Part shown: positions 24,944 through 36,961 of the stretch, one piece after another
Numbering within the stretch: the stretch's first letter is position 1
How the letters are laid out: every line of letters starts with the position of its first letter
Assembly: GCA_030770535.1 (NCBI GenBank)
Contig: JASVEC010000015.1
Location: 248,001 to 312,000 of the forward strand
Direction of reading: 5' to 3'
Origin: Batkoa obscura
Taxonomy: Eukaryota
DNA: 64,000 nucleotides
The notes under the pieces: model-generated
Databases searched by the model: none
Seen by the model: only the letters and a program-made list of their open reading frames with translations
What the model was told of the DNA's origin: nothing
Made by a program: the position numbers and the translations under genes

Positions 24944-26299
24944 ATGCAATTAAATTTACTTCCTGATTTAATATTGAAAGAGATCTTATCTCATCTTGAC
25001 AAAAGTTATAGGTTTCGATTAGCTGCTGTAAATAAAGGATGGCGTTCCGTGATATTACCATTGCTAATAGAGAGTTTTGATCTCAATTTTACCTCAGATG
25101 AAGATAATAAAATTATGTCAAAAATATTAAAAAAGTATGGACCATTTATTAAGAGACTGTACGTAAAGGATGCAATGTATTTGGAGTACAAAGAGTATTT
25201 AACCAACGTTAAAACAATTCATTTTACATTAGATGAGTACTTAATTAATATAAAGGAGTATGAAGAATTTAACGTTACTATGATGGATTATAAAAAGAGT
25301 ATTAATAATTTACCACTTAAAGATTATACGAATAAAAACAACATATGTTTTAAGGAGCTATTTAAGAATATAACTTATTTTCGAGCTGAAGATATTGATG
25401 ATTATTTATTTGATGAAATAATAACAACCCTTCCAACGACTATCAATGAGTTTTGTTTAATTTCATATATAGGCTATCACAACCCGATCATAGAAAAAAT
25501 ATTGAAAAATAGAACAAATTTAAAAAGATTGAGTATTTATTTTGATTTAATTGAGTATGATTTAAAGAAGCTCCTCGATAAACCCTTTAATTTATTAGTA
25601 AGTTTAAATATCGCCAATCAATCTTATTGTAATGAAGAGTATATATTAAACTTAAATAATCTCCCTCAATTAAAGGAGTTATATTTATATAACAATGGAG
25701 ATATGACAGTGAAAGGTACCTCTCAAGTCACCAAAATTCGATTTTTTGCCCAAAATTTACAATATATTGAAATCTCTAAAGTTACATTTCCAAAGTTAAG
25801 AATCTTATCCATAAGCTTTTGTCAAAATTTAAATGATTATAAATTATATTTGATATTCAATTTGCCCAATTTAACTAACTTTGAATTAGCGGAAGATATC
25901 TTTTGTGATCCTAAATTAAGTTTAACGTATAACCATGAGTTGAAGTGTAGTAATTTAATTAGTTTAACGATTACTAATGTTTCTATAACGAATTTATTTT
26001 TCGAAAATTTAATTACTTGTTATCCAATATTGAGTATATTATGTCTAGCTAAATGTGTGTTTATAAATGAAAAGAATTTGAATTATAATTTAGCATCAAA
26101 TAGCCCACTCAAAAGTTCCAATTTGACAAACATTTCATTGAGTGATTGTAAAGGTAATATAGAACAAGCTATTGAATTAATAGTTTCTAATTGTCCAAAG
26201 ATACAAGTGTTTAATCTTTATCCTAATAATGAAGATTATTTGGATTTTAATTTATCGGATAAAGTTAAGTTGAAATTATTGGAACTTAATGATGGTTGA
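24944..26299 (+). CDS. F-box/LRR (RNI-like) protein; possible short extra 3' exon 26357-26403
   Basis: F-box LNLLPDLILKEILSHL...LAAVNKGWR; LRRs (LPQLKELYL, FPKLRILSI, LPNLTNFEL); possible intron 26295-26356. Confidence 0.85.
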   Translation: MQLNLLPDLILKEILSHLDKSYRFRLAAVNKGWRSVILPLLIESFDLNFTSDEDNKIMSKILKKYGPFIKRLYVKDAMYLEYKEYLTNVKTIHFTLDEYLINIKEYEEFNVTMMDYKKSINNLPLKDYTNKNNICFKELFKNITYFRAEDIDDYLFDEIITTLPTTINEFCLISYIGYHNPIIEKILKNRTNLKRLSIYFDLIEYDLKKLLDKPFNLLVSLNIANQSYCNEEYILNLNNLPQLKELYLYNNGDMTVKGTSQVTKIRFFAQNLQYIEISKVTFPKLRILSISFCQNLNDYKLYLIFNLPNLTNFELAEDIFCDPKLSLTYNHELKCSNLISLTITNVSITNLFFENLITCYPILSILCLAKCVFINEKNLNYNLASNSPLKSSNLTNISLSDCKGNIEQAIELIVSNCPKIQVFNLYPNNEDYLDFNLSDKVKLKLLELNDG

Positions 26300-26828
26300 T
26301 GTTTTATAACATAATCTTTTATTCAAACTGTTTTTCGTATTCAAGTTGATAACTAGGATTTACTAAAGCTAAAGTTGATGGACGTAATTTATCATTTGAT
26401 TAGTATCAGATATCCCTTTTCTGTTGTAGTGCAATTTTTCTTTTTTTTTCTTTTTCAATAGATAAAATAAAATTGGAACGTTATTATTTTATTTTCCATT
26501 GAATACATAAAAATATATTAAAGTGGAATCAACTCATGAGACATAGCATTTCAAATAAAACTGTTAACAATTTAAAGTCACTTTTAGTCTACTTTAAAAA
26601 AAACTGAAACACTTGTAAAACCTGTACCCATATCTACATAAGTTTTATTGATATACTCATATTTATAAATAGTTTTTTTCGAAAAGATAAATTTCCAAGT
26701 ATTTTATTAAGAACAATAAAAAAATAATCATTGTAAGGTTGTCTTTCATTGTCTTAATATAAAATTCATTTTTAACACTATTTTCCTAACTTTTTTTAAA
26801 ATTTATCTTTATATATAGAGATATATTT

Positions 26829-26926
26829 GGCGATGTTTTTTTTGATTTCATTATTTTTCCATTTTTTAAGCACTATTCGAGTGAAAAGATTGTTAGTAAA
26901 ATTCTTAAACACAAAAAAACACCTCC
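26829..26926. mobile_element. ~98 bp MITE (followed by a partial inverted copy at 26931-26987)
   Basis: GGCGATGT...ACACCTCC, TSD ATTT/ATTT. Confidence 0.88.
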
Positions 26927-27012
26927 ATTTGTTTAGAAATTTTGATAACAATCTTTCTACTTAAATAGTGCTTAAAAAAACATTCTCATATATTTAATTT
27001 TAAAAACTATAT

Positions 27013-27108
27013 ATATGTATGTTATTTTGTCTAAGAGTTCTACTAACAATCTTTCCACTCAAATGGCGCTTAAAAGTGGAAAAATAATGGAATTAAAAAA
27101 ACACTGCC
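27013..27108. mobile_element. ~98 bp MITE, one end degenerate
   Basis: CTAACAATCTTTCCACTCAAATGGCGCTTAAAA core; ends ACACTGCC then ATAT. Confidence 0.78.
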
Positions 27109-27122
27109 ATATATATTATTTA

Positions 27123-27583
27123 TGTGAAATATCGCTTTATCAGCCCTACGATTGATCATAATATAACAATCATTTAAGTTGTTATGTTCTCAAGTTCAGG
27201 CACAATCAACCCCAAGCTCTTGTTTTCATTTGTTATGAGAATTTCTGTCATATGATTCCGAAAGACATTATCTCGCCGTTTTGATATCTATACTTTTCAG
27301 AGTATAAAAGAGATTTTAGAACACGATAATTTGAGGCTTTTTAATTGAATTATTCCTTGATATTTTGTACGTCTAACGAATTCACTAAATTTTTTAATAT
27401 TTTACATAGGTTTTACAATAGTATTGTTTATTCTATTTGCCTTACATAGTCCGTAGCCTATTAGATCCTATCTTTCATAGTTTGAGTCTATCTTGGTCAC
27501 ATAAACTAGAACCTTTCGACTTACAGCTAGTCAACCGAGGAAAAACTGCTTTTGATTCTAGTCACTGAGTACCAGATTTCACA
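27123..27583 (+). mobile_element. Solo-LTR-like element, 461 bp (long variant)
   Basis: TGTGAAAT...ATTTCACA termini; TSD TTTA/TTTA; internal TATAAAAG; homologous to three other copies. Confidence 0.85.
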
Positions 27584-27854
27584 TTTATAAGCTATAGAAA
27601 AATCATAAATTATAAAAAGGATTAAAAAAAATTATATATCAAAAGTTTCATTATTTTGCAATACTTTATTAAATTTAAATCAAAAACACTTTATCTTACC
27701 ATGTGTTTATATTTTAAAAAATAATAATTTAATCAAAAATTTAATAATTGTATGAATGGTATATAATAATGTTTTTTACTTATTACTTTTTGTTATTTTA
27801 AAATTTAGGAATTAACTAATGGAGCTGTTTAAGTTTAAATGTGCTTTGACAAAT

Positions 27855-27953
27855 GGGGATGTATTTTTGTATTTAAGAATTTTACTACCAATTTTTCCAC
27901 GCAAATAGCGCTTAAAAGATGGAAAAAGTAATGAAGCCAAAAAAAACATATCC
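27855..27953. mobile_element. ~98 bp MITE
   Basis: GGGGATGT...ACATATCC, TSD AAAT/AAAT. Confidence 0.9.
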
Positions 27954-27988
27954 AAATAATGGGCTTTACACCCAACTATTTATTGTAT

Positions 27989-28086
27989 GGGGATGTATTT
28001 TTTTGTTTAAGAATTTTACTAACAATCTTTCCACTCAAGTAGTGCTTAAAAAATGGAAAAAGTAATCAAATCAAAAAAACATTCCC
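27989..28086. mobile_element. ~98 bp MITE
   Basis: GGGGATGT...ACATTCCC, TSD GTAT/GTAT. Confidence 0.9.
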
Positions 28087-28324
28087 GTATCATGTTGACT
28101 TGGGGATTATTAATTTAATTTTTATTCCAAAAGGAACAGTTAACTAGCATACTTCCAAGCTCGGATAGTATGCTAGTTAATTAATTTTTAGCTTTTTTAA
28201 ATAGTAAAAAGGGGCAATTGGTAAAAAGCATGGGTGCATCATACATTTGTAAAAATCAATCTTATTAATCTCACTTTTAAACACTTGTTTTATTTTTTCT
28301 AGAAACTTTTCTATTAAAGCATAT

Positions 28325-28423
28325 GGGAGTGTTTTTTTTGACTTCATTATTTTTTCCATTTTTTAAGTGCTATTTAAGCGGAAAATTTGTTAGTAAAATT
28401 CTTAGACACAAAAATACATCCCC
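28325..28423. mobile_element. ~98 bp MITE (followed by an internally deleted 42 bp copy at 28433-28474)
   Basis: GGGAGTGT...ACATCCCC, TSD ATAT/ATAT. Confidence 0.9.
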
Positions 28424-31400
28424 ATATGATATGAGAGTGTTTTAATTTTATCACTTACAAAAAAATACATCCACACATGTTTTCTATTTAATTTCCATGT
28501 AGTTATAGTAAAAGTAGATTGATTTTGTGATTTAACAAATTGAATGACTGTGATAGTTTAGCAATCTTGCATTGGATAAAAAAACCTACAAAGGGGAGCC
28601 AAAAAATTTAAAAATTGGGAGAATTAAATATTATCTAAGCGAGGATTTTTTATACAATTTTATTGTATATGTTATAAATGAAAGAACTACAAAGTTTTAT
28701 ATTAATTAAATTACTCACTTCTCAAACACATCAAAATTCCAAAGACGCGTTTTAGTTTTAATAGGAAATCATTTTTTGTTAATAGTAGCCTTCCTTTTGA
28801 ATATATTGTAGGCGAGCAACTGAAGTAATACAAAATACTGTAGTTGTTTTATTTATAATAGATACAATAGAATAGTGTAAGAAGCTTCTGACCAGATCCT
28901 CTTTAAGCCTTCTATTTTCCAAACTTTTTGACCTCCCTTCATAAAAAGGAATTGTTTTTGATTTTTGTAAAAGAGAATCTAAGTCATTTTTGAGCCAAAA
29001 AAAGAATAGTGAAGGGATAAAGGATGGCTTAATTCTTTGTGTAAATTTGTCAATTATAGATAAAAGAATAAAAGAATAGAGTCAAAACCAATTAATACTT
29101 TGCTCATAACTTTATCTCTCTCTTAAAACACTAATATTCTATACTTATACTAATAAACTTTCGAATTAAAAGCACATAGCTTCATCATAACAAGGAACAT
29201 TCTTTCATATATAACTTCTACAAGGTCAAATTGATACTACTAAAATGAGATGATTAGAAGTTGAGGTTTAGGACTTTTAAAATAGCTTAAAGTACGATCA
29301 GAAGTAAGGGATATGTTAAAAGTGATTTAGTTGCTCAAAAATATCGAATGATGGAGCTTGAATAGAAAAAATGCAACTTATTTAGGAATAAATCCATTTT
29401 AAAGAACTTTATAATAACACCATAGAAAAAGTATTATTTGAATCTTTATTCAAAATAATCAAGATCTATTTAAGCTTTTTTTCAGTGTTAAATAGCGAAC
29501 TGCGATAATAGAAAAATAACTAAGGTTGTTTTTGAAAGTTAAATCAGGTTTTTTGGAAATGTCCCTTTTGATTTTGGTTTATTTAATTATAATTCAAGTT
29601 CCGTATTGATAGTTTTGGTTATTGTTACTTTATTTTTGTAAACAGAATAATGTATTTTTCAATTTATTAATAATAGTACTTCTTTAGCTTATTTTAAAAC
29701 AAAAAGGTGCTTTAAAACAATATTAATACCTTGTCATTCCTTTTATCCGAATTTTAATGATACAATAGATCTCAGTTATATGTTTGTTAAATAAATTGTT
29801 TTCTAATTAAACACTTAAGGTTATTATTTTAAAATTAGGAATTAAACTATTGGAGTTTTAATTATTATTTAACAATTCCAACATTTTATTTGCTCTAAAG
29901 AATAAAATAGAACCATTTTTAACTACAGATGGATGTATCGATATTTATCCATATTAGTATTAAAAAATTTCAAATGTAATATATATTATTTTATTTTCGA
30001 ATACAATTATTTAATTAAAAATGAAAGTAGAAATATTAGAAAATTTTATTATACAATAGAAGGTGGTGTTAGTGTAATTTATTAAAAGATCTATCAATTA
30101 ATTGTATTTTACAAACAAGTAATATGATTTCTAATACATTCCATTTTTAAATATATAAAAGCGCCATAACTTGCTACTGCTTTTAGCTAATTTCTATTTC
30201 TTGAGCTAAAAAAGCAAGCTAACCAATTAAACTTCCTTTAGTCTAGAACTAATTTATTAAATAAATAAAAATAAGAGCATATTAAGAATTCAATTTCTAA
30301 AAATATAACAATCTTTAGCTTTTATGAGAAGATTTTTACTTCTTTGTAATAAATGCTGTGAAAATACAACGCTTACATTAATTCCTGTTTAATATATTTG
30401 TTATCATATGCAACACAATAACTAAGGATTATAGATCTTATGAGAAGACGATTTGTTGCTTTAGGAATATAATAAATGTTTCAACTATAAAGTATATTTA
30501 GACAATATAACGTTTTCCAAGAGACTTGATAATTGAACTAATATATCATTTAATTTTTATTGCTATGCTTAATGATATCAAAAGAACCAAGTAATTTATT
30601 AATGATACAATAAAAAAATTGGATTCAAAACTTGATTTAAGTTTCTAAATATAATCAAATGCCTATTCTGTTCGAGATTAAGAACCCAAACTATTTGAGT
30701 TAATTCCATCTTGTATTTAAAAAAAATAAACAATATTCCTACATTCTATTCATTGTTTAACTATTTTTATTGAATAAAATATATAAAATCTTTATTATAA
30801 AATATATTCCCCTTAATAGGAATTAAAAATAATTTTTTATTTATTTCATTATTAATTGCTACTTTAAAGCTACACTGCAATTCCGAAACCGTGGTACTTT
30901 CTATAAGAACTTAATTAAACAAGCTAAACGTTTTTATAAATAGTATCGTTTTTTCTATAAATAATAATATGTTTAATATAAATTGATCGAACATTGCTAA
31001 TAAAACATAAAGTCTTTTAATTTCTAAATATTAGTCCTTATTTTTATTTAATTTATTGTATGCAAAAAACAATTATATTATGGAATTAAAATATTTGAAA
31101 TCGAATTTTATTTCCAATTGAGTCATATTATTAAGTTTACACAACACCATGTGCTATTTCAATATCATGAAAAATTTTATTGTCAAATCCAAGCATATAT
31201 TCTTGAACAAAATTTTTAAATACACTATTTTCCACCAAATAAAGATCTAACCTGTACAATAACTTAATACATTTTTATGAAACTAAATAAACAAATAAAA
31301 TTATGATATCGAAATTTGATAAAAACATTATTAATAGTTATAACTATAATCCTGAAAAAGTATATAAATAACACGATCATTTATCTTTTAATTCAAATTA

Positions 31401-31449
31401 TTTTTTGTAAAAAATATTTATTATTTAAAGTTATATTATTTAATCTACC

Positions 31450-31998
31450 ATGGGTAAATCTGTTAATACTCCTCTAAATAAAGTTTCAACAATTAGTGAT
31501 AACAATAATAATAACAATGTTATAATACACCCCTATAAATGCGAATGTTGTCAAATAAGGCGATTAGTATGTAATATGGTTGGACCGAAATGCAATAAAT
31601 GTATAAAACATAACACCAAATGTAGTTATTCAGATAAACCACCAAAAAGAAATAACCCAAAGCCTGGATATTATAAAAAGTATGTTAGTAAGTTTTCTAT
31701 CAAAGCTACTGCTAAGAAAGAAGATAAACCAGAAAAATTCAGAATCAAAGATAGTAGTATACTTGATTATTCAAATCAACTCAATGAAAATCAAAGCTTC
31801 CATATTGTTAGCTCAAACTCTTCGCTGAATTCCGTATCTCCAGTACCATCACCACTTAACTGGGTCCCATCTGCCTATCCAATTTATTTAAATGATGGTC
31901 AACTAGCACAATCTAGTAACAATTTTATAGTTAAATCAAATGTACCTACAATTGATTATACTGCTTTTCCTTTTATGAGCTGGGCTAATTATCAATAA
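31450..31998 (+). CDS. Small Zn(II)2Cys6 binuclear-cluster transcription factor
   Basis: C-x2-C-x6-C-x6-C-x2-C-x6-C (CECCQIRRLVCNMVGPKCNKCIKHNTKCSY) followed by basic PPKR..PKPG. Confidence 0.9.
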   Translation: MGKSVNTPLNKVSTISDNNNNNNVIIHPYKCECCQIRRLVCNMVGPKCNKCIKHNTKCSYSDKPPKRNNPKPGYYKKYVSKFSIKATAKKEDKPEKFRIKDSSILDYSNQLNENQSFHIVSSNSSLNSVSPVPSPLNWVPSAYPIYLNDGQLAQSSNNFIVKSNVPTIDYTAFPFMSWANYQ

Positions 31999-33144
31999 TT
32001 TATTAATAAACTTTACTATTTTTATTTGATGTTTTATAATTGTTCACTATTATTTTACAAGTTCTTTTTGTACAATATTTTCATCACAAAATATTAATAT
32101 GAGTTTACAAGGATTTTGAAACCGAAACAAGTAATTTAATTAATTTATTGCATTTTTACTAAATAGAGTATAACAAGTATATCGCTTTTTATCAAGCTAT
32201 ATAACCCTCATGATACAATATAGATGTTGCGCTTAGTAAGTTATTTAAAGCAAAGATTATACATTGTGAATTAGTTTGTATACCAGAACTTCAATAACTA
32301 GAAATGACTTATTTCAATTAAGAGTTGTTTTTTTAATAATGTATAAAACCGTAAACAAGCGTTACTTAAAATTTTGAGGTAAGATTCACTAATCAAATTA
32401 TTATAATAGCAAATTTAATAGAATTCATTTGTGGATAAAACATTTGTTTAAATATCAATAATATTGTAATCACTTTAGTGCTTTTACTATTCTTAAAAAC
32501 TCAAAAGTTCAAAGATTCTTATAAAGACATCTTTTTTGATTTCATTTATTTATATTTTCCAAGTGCTATTGATTGGAAAGATTGTTTGTGGAATTTTTAA
32601 ATAAAAAGACGTGTTTTTGGTTTTATCTGTTGTAAGGTTGAGCAAATTGTATTAGATTATCTAAGAGTGGGAGTTATTAAAGAACAAACAATTCTCATAG
32701 AACGCTGTGAATTTATCCACGTCAAGAAAGCTGAAGTCTTCTAGAAGAACAGAAATCATTGAGCATAGACTAAGATTTGGTATTTTTTACTTAAAACATC
32801 ACTTTATTTAAAATTCTACTATCACTATTTTAAAAAAGAGATGAGTTTTATAACTTTGACTTATTCAATATGGATAAACAGTGACTTTGGCTTTTTAAAA
32901 GAAACTAACACCAATAAAACTTTATAGATGCGAAGCATAATTATTCTTGGAGAAAAGAGCAGATAAGAAGTCCGACGATAGCTGTTTTATGGACTAGGGA
33001 CCCAAACAGAGGCATATTTTTTATTCTCTTGATTATGAAATCACTACTATTTAGCGTAATTAATTAAGAGTTAGTTAGTATTGGGCTTAAGGATGAAGAC
33101 TATAGTTGAAGTTAGAATTTGGCCCTGACCTCAAAAAAACAAAT

Positions 33145-33241
33145 AGGGATGTATTTTTATATTTAACAATTTTACTAATAAAACTTCCACTCAAATAGTG
33201 CTTAAAGGATGGAAAAAGTAGTGAAATCAAAAAACATCTCC
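33145..33241. mobile_element. ~98 bp MITE
   Basis: AGGGATGT...ACATCTCC, TSD AAAT/AAAT. Confidence 0.88.
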
Positions 33242-33283
33242 AAATGTTAAATTTTCACCAATATTTAATATATTTTAATATAT

Positions 33284-33380
33284 AGTGATATTTTTTTGAT
33301 TTCACTACTTTTTCCATCCTTTAAGCACTATTTGAGTGGAAGTTTTATTAGTAAAATTGTTAAACAAAAAATACATCCCC
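33284..33380. mobile_element. ~98 bp MITE, inverted relative to 33145
   Basis: AGTGATAT...ACATCCCC, TSD ATAT/ATAT. Confidence 0.88.
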
Positions 33381-33539
33381 ATATGGTGATGTCCGAATTA
33401 GTTTCATAATTTATTTAATTTAAAGTTCAAGGTTTTGAATTTGTAAGTCTTTAATATATTTTTAATTTAGTTTAATTTAGTTTAATTTAGAAAACTTGTT
33501 TTAACTATATTATTTTCATTAAATGTTTAATAAACATAT

Positions 33540-33637
33540 GGGGATGTATTTTTGTATTTAAGAATTTTACTGACAATTTTTCCACATAAATAGCGCTTAA
33601 AAAATGGAAAAATAATGAAACTAAAAAAAACAGCCCC
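33540..33637. mobile_element. ~98 bp MITE
   Basis: GGGGATGT...ACAGCCCC, TSD ATAT/ATAT. Confidence 0.9.
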
Positions 33638-33656
33638 ATATAATATATAAATATAT

Positions 33657-33755
33657 GGGAGTGTTTTTTTTGACTTCATTATTTTTTCCATTTTTTAAGC
33701 GCTATTTGAGCGGAAAATTTGTTAGTAAAATTGTTAAACACAAAAATACATCCCC
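33657..33755. mobile_element. ~98 bp MITE
   Basis: GGGAGTGT...ACATCCCC, flanks ATAT/ATAC. Confidence 0.9.
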
Positions 33756-34150
33756 ATACAGCTATTTAGTTTTACTTTTTAAAAAAAATCCAAGCTTTTA
33801 TAAGTTAAACTTTGAAATGGAATTTTTAAAATTTTTAATACAATAGGGAAAAATACACTATATGGGGCTGTCCTAATTGGTTTCGGAATTTACTTAGAAA
33901 TTAATCCAAATTTTAAAAGTTAAAATTTGTGTCCAATATGACGGTTAAATCTAAAAAGCCTAAAATTAAATCTCTTTATTTAAAACTTATTTTAATTGTT
34001 TCCTTTTCTTAAATAGTTAATTTTCCTAACTATATGTTTTATGTTAGTTCTGTTAGATATTTAACAGATATATAATATATAACTATATGATTATATAATT
34101 ATATAAATATAGTTGACTTTATTTTTTGTTGAAATAGAAATAAAAATAAA

Positions 34151-36019
34151 ATGCAAACTTTCATAACTAAACTTCGAAATGGAATTTTTGAAAATTTCAA
34201 TACGATAGGGAGGAGTACACAATATAAACATTGTAATTCATTTATATCAATTTTGAGAGCTACTTATAACAACCCAAGGTTTATGGAATTTTATAATAAA
34301 ACAAAACAAAGAAAAGATATCTTAGCAAAGTTTACTATCGATAGTAATAAACTTAATCAAGCAATGTATAAAATTAGTGCTTTAAGGAAAACAGGAAATA
34401 AAAATCAACAGGTAGCATTATCATTAACTATAGCTTTAGTATATTCTTTTGATGAATGTAAAAGTATTGGGTTTAATATAAATAGAAATCAATATGATTA
34501 TTCAAAAATAAGTAATAATAATAAAATATCAACATTACAACCTATTATTAAAAATACAAAAAAAATTAAAGACGAGCAAATTGAAACTATTATACAATAT
34601 TTACTAAATGATTTGATTGTTTCATCAAGATTTAATAAAAAACAAAGCAGAGATAGAAGAAATTTTCAATGAAGAAGAAAAATTATACAAACTACATAAA
34701 TCCTGTGTTGATACTTAAAAAAACACATTTAATGAAACTATTAAAAAATCAAATAATAGAAGTTGTATAATGATTTTAGATTAAATAAAATATGAAAATA
34801 GGAACAAGACCAGATTCAATAAATTTAGATCATTATAATAAACAAGCTATATCAGTATTAGGTTTTGGTGTTTTATATTTAAAAGATGGTAAAATAATAG
34901 ACAAAGTTTACTTTGATTATTTATCTGAAATATCGAATCATGATTCAGCATATGCAGGAGATTGTTTAATTGATTTAATCTCTACAGAGCTTTTATTTAA
35001 AAAGTTTACAAAAATTGATATATGAGCAGATACACGAAATCATTTTAAGTCTCAAGAGTTCCTACTGTGAAATATCGCTTTGTCAGTCCCATGGTTAATT
35101 ATTTTGATTTGTTATGAGAATTTCTAGTTCCACCCAAAAGAATATTATCTTCTCATTTTGATACTTATACTTTTCAGAGTATAAAAGAGTTTACAGAGTA
35201 TAATAGTTCGAGGCTTTTTAACTGAATTATTACCTGATATCTCGAACATTTAATAAAGCCACTAAGTTTTCTTAATAGTATTTTACATAGATTTTACATT
35301 AGTATTGTCTATTCTATTTGTCTTATATAGCTTGTAACCTATTACGTGCTATTCCTCATAACCCAAGTCTATCTTAGTCACATAAACTAAGACCTTTCGA
35401 CTTACAGTGTAGTCAACCCAGCAATAGCTGTTCTTGACTCCAAACCCTGAGTACCAGATTTCACACTACACTATATATTTAAACAAGTCTCTAAAATAAA
35501 TAGTAGTTTAAATACTGATGTTAATTTTTTTGTTGAGCATCATGGAAAAAGTATAGTTGATGGTCATTTTGGAAATCTTTCAAAATGGAAAGATAGTTTT
35601 GAAGCATTAGGTAAAATAGAAGATATCAATCAATTAAGCTCAAGATCTGAGGCTTCTATTTGCGAGCACAATAAAATTAATAACTCGACTGTTAATAATG
35701 CGAAAACAGATGTAATTTTTAAAAAGTATGAAAGAATCAAAAATACAAAAAGAATAATAGAGATGCAAGGTATTAAGAAGTATTTACACTTTATTAAGCA
35801 TAACAGTAAACTACATTGTTATCCAGTATCTGATACATAAAAAAAAACGATATAGTTCCAGTTAAAATTATAGAGTCTATAGAAGATAGAAAAATTAAAA
35901 TATCAATCCCAGCTTACCTTACGAAGATAACAGAGAATCTAAAAATTTCGATATTTACTAAGCAAGTAAGTAGTTTGTTGAATGATAGAAATAGATTGTT
36001 AAATGTTAAGATTACTTAA
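34151..36019 (+). pseudogene. Fragmented DDD transposase, copy 2
   Basis: ORF pieces 34151-34672 and 34792-35025 nearly match copy 1; ~240 bp internal deletion, stops, and a 400 bp LTR-like insertion; HGKS..DGHFG codons near 35540. Confidence 0.82.
35066..35465 (+). mobile_element. Solo-LTR-like element, 400 bp (short variant), inserted in the transposase
   Basis: TGTGAAAT...ATTTCACA; TSD CTAC/CTAC confirmed against the empty site in copy 1; TATAAAAG at 35180 and AATAAA near 35252. Confidence 0.9.
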
Positions 36020-36620
36020 GTTATTAATAGCTAAGTTAATAAATAGTGAAACAACAGGTAACTGTAATAATATGTAAAAACTATTATTACTTGCACTATA
36101 TAGAGATGGTTAATTATAGTTTTGGGGCTAACCACTCCCTCTCAAGCAGCTATTTGTTAACTTGGCAATATATTAATGATGTAATTATAACATTAAAATA
36201 GTTTATTTATTCGATAACAAATCTACAATGTTGGTTATAAAGCAGTCAATAATAAATGTTTCTCAATAAAGTTTTATAAGAATATGTATTTAAGATCTAG
36301 TAAAAATTTAACTAACTTACAGTATAAACTACAATATAATGATTTGGAGCTGTCTCCAGATACTTTTATTTTAACAAAAGATTTGATTTTATAGAATTTT
36401 AAGCAAAGTTTTTAAAATACAACTTTTTTCAAAAATTGGATAAAATAATGAAACTAATCCAGACAACCCCATATAAACATTTCAATTCATTTATATTAAT
36501 TTCAACAACTATTCATGATTCAAAGTTTATGGAATTCTATAATAAAACAAAAAAACTATTAATAATAACAAACTTAATTAAGCAATATATAAGGCTAATG
36601 CTTTAAGGGAAACAAGAAAT

Positions 36621-36711
36621 AGTGTTTTTTTGGCTTCGCTTTTTCTATCTTTTAAGCACTATTTGAGTGGAAAGGTTGTTAATAGAATTCTTAAACATAA
36701 AATACATCCTC
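36621..36711. mobile_element. ~98 bp MITE inside the old Sola remnant
   Basis: Consensus core, ends ACATCCTC, TSD AAAT/AAAT. Confidence 0.82.
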
Positions 36712-36853
36712 AAATAAAAACCAATAAATAGTATTATTATTAACTATAGCTTCAATATATTATTTTGATAAATGTAAAAGCTTTATATTTGATATAAACA
36801 GAAACTAATATAATTATTTAAAAATAGACAATAATAACAAATATTTATTAGAT

Positions 36854-36950
36854 GGGGATGTGTTTTTATTTAAGAATTTTACTAATAAGTTTTCCGCTCA
36901 AATAGCGCTTAAAAGGTAAAAAAAGTAATGAAACCAAAAAAAAAATCCCC
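36854..36950. mobile_element. ~98 bp MITE
   Basis: GGGGATGT...AAATCCCC, TSD AGAT/AGAT. Confidence 0.9.
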
Positions 36951-36961
36951 AGATAATATAT

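Larger units (their letters stand above)
33864..36470 (+). mobile_element. Sola2-like DNA transposon, decayed copy 2
   Basis: TIRs GGGGCTGTCCTAATTGGTTTC / GAAACTAATCCAGACAACCCC; perfect ATAT TSD; colinear with 7886..10307. Confidence 0.9.
33385..36850 (+). mobile_element. Older, highly decayed Sola-like copy (33385-33863 and 36471-~36850) split by younger insertions
   Basis: TIR-like GGTGATGTCCGAATTAGTTTC; 33820-33863 and 36471-36850 together match the transposase N-terminal coding region. Confidence 0.75.

Noticed and set aside
32632..33133. Possible further solo LTR (TGTAAGG..CCTGACCTCA)
   Set aside because: Weak terminal repeat, no TSD and no second copy in the window
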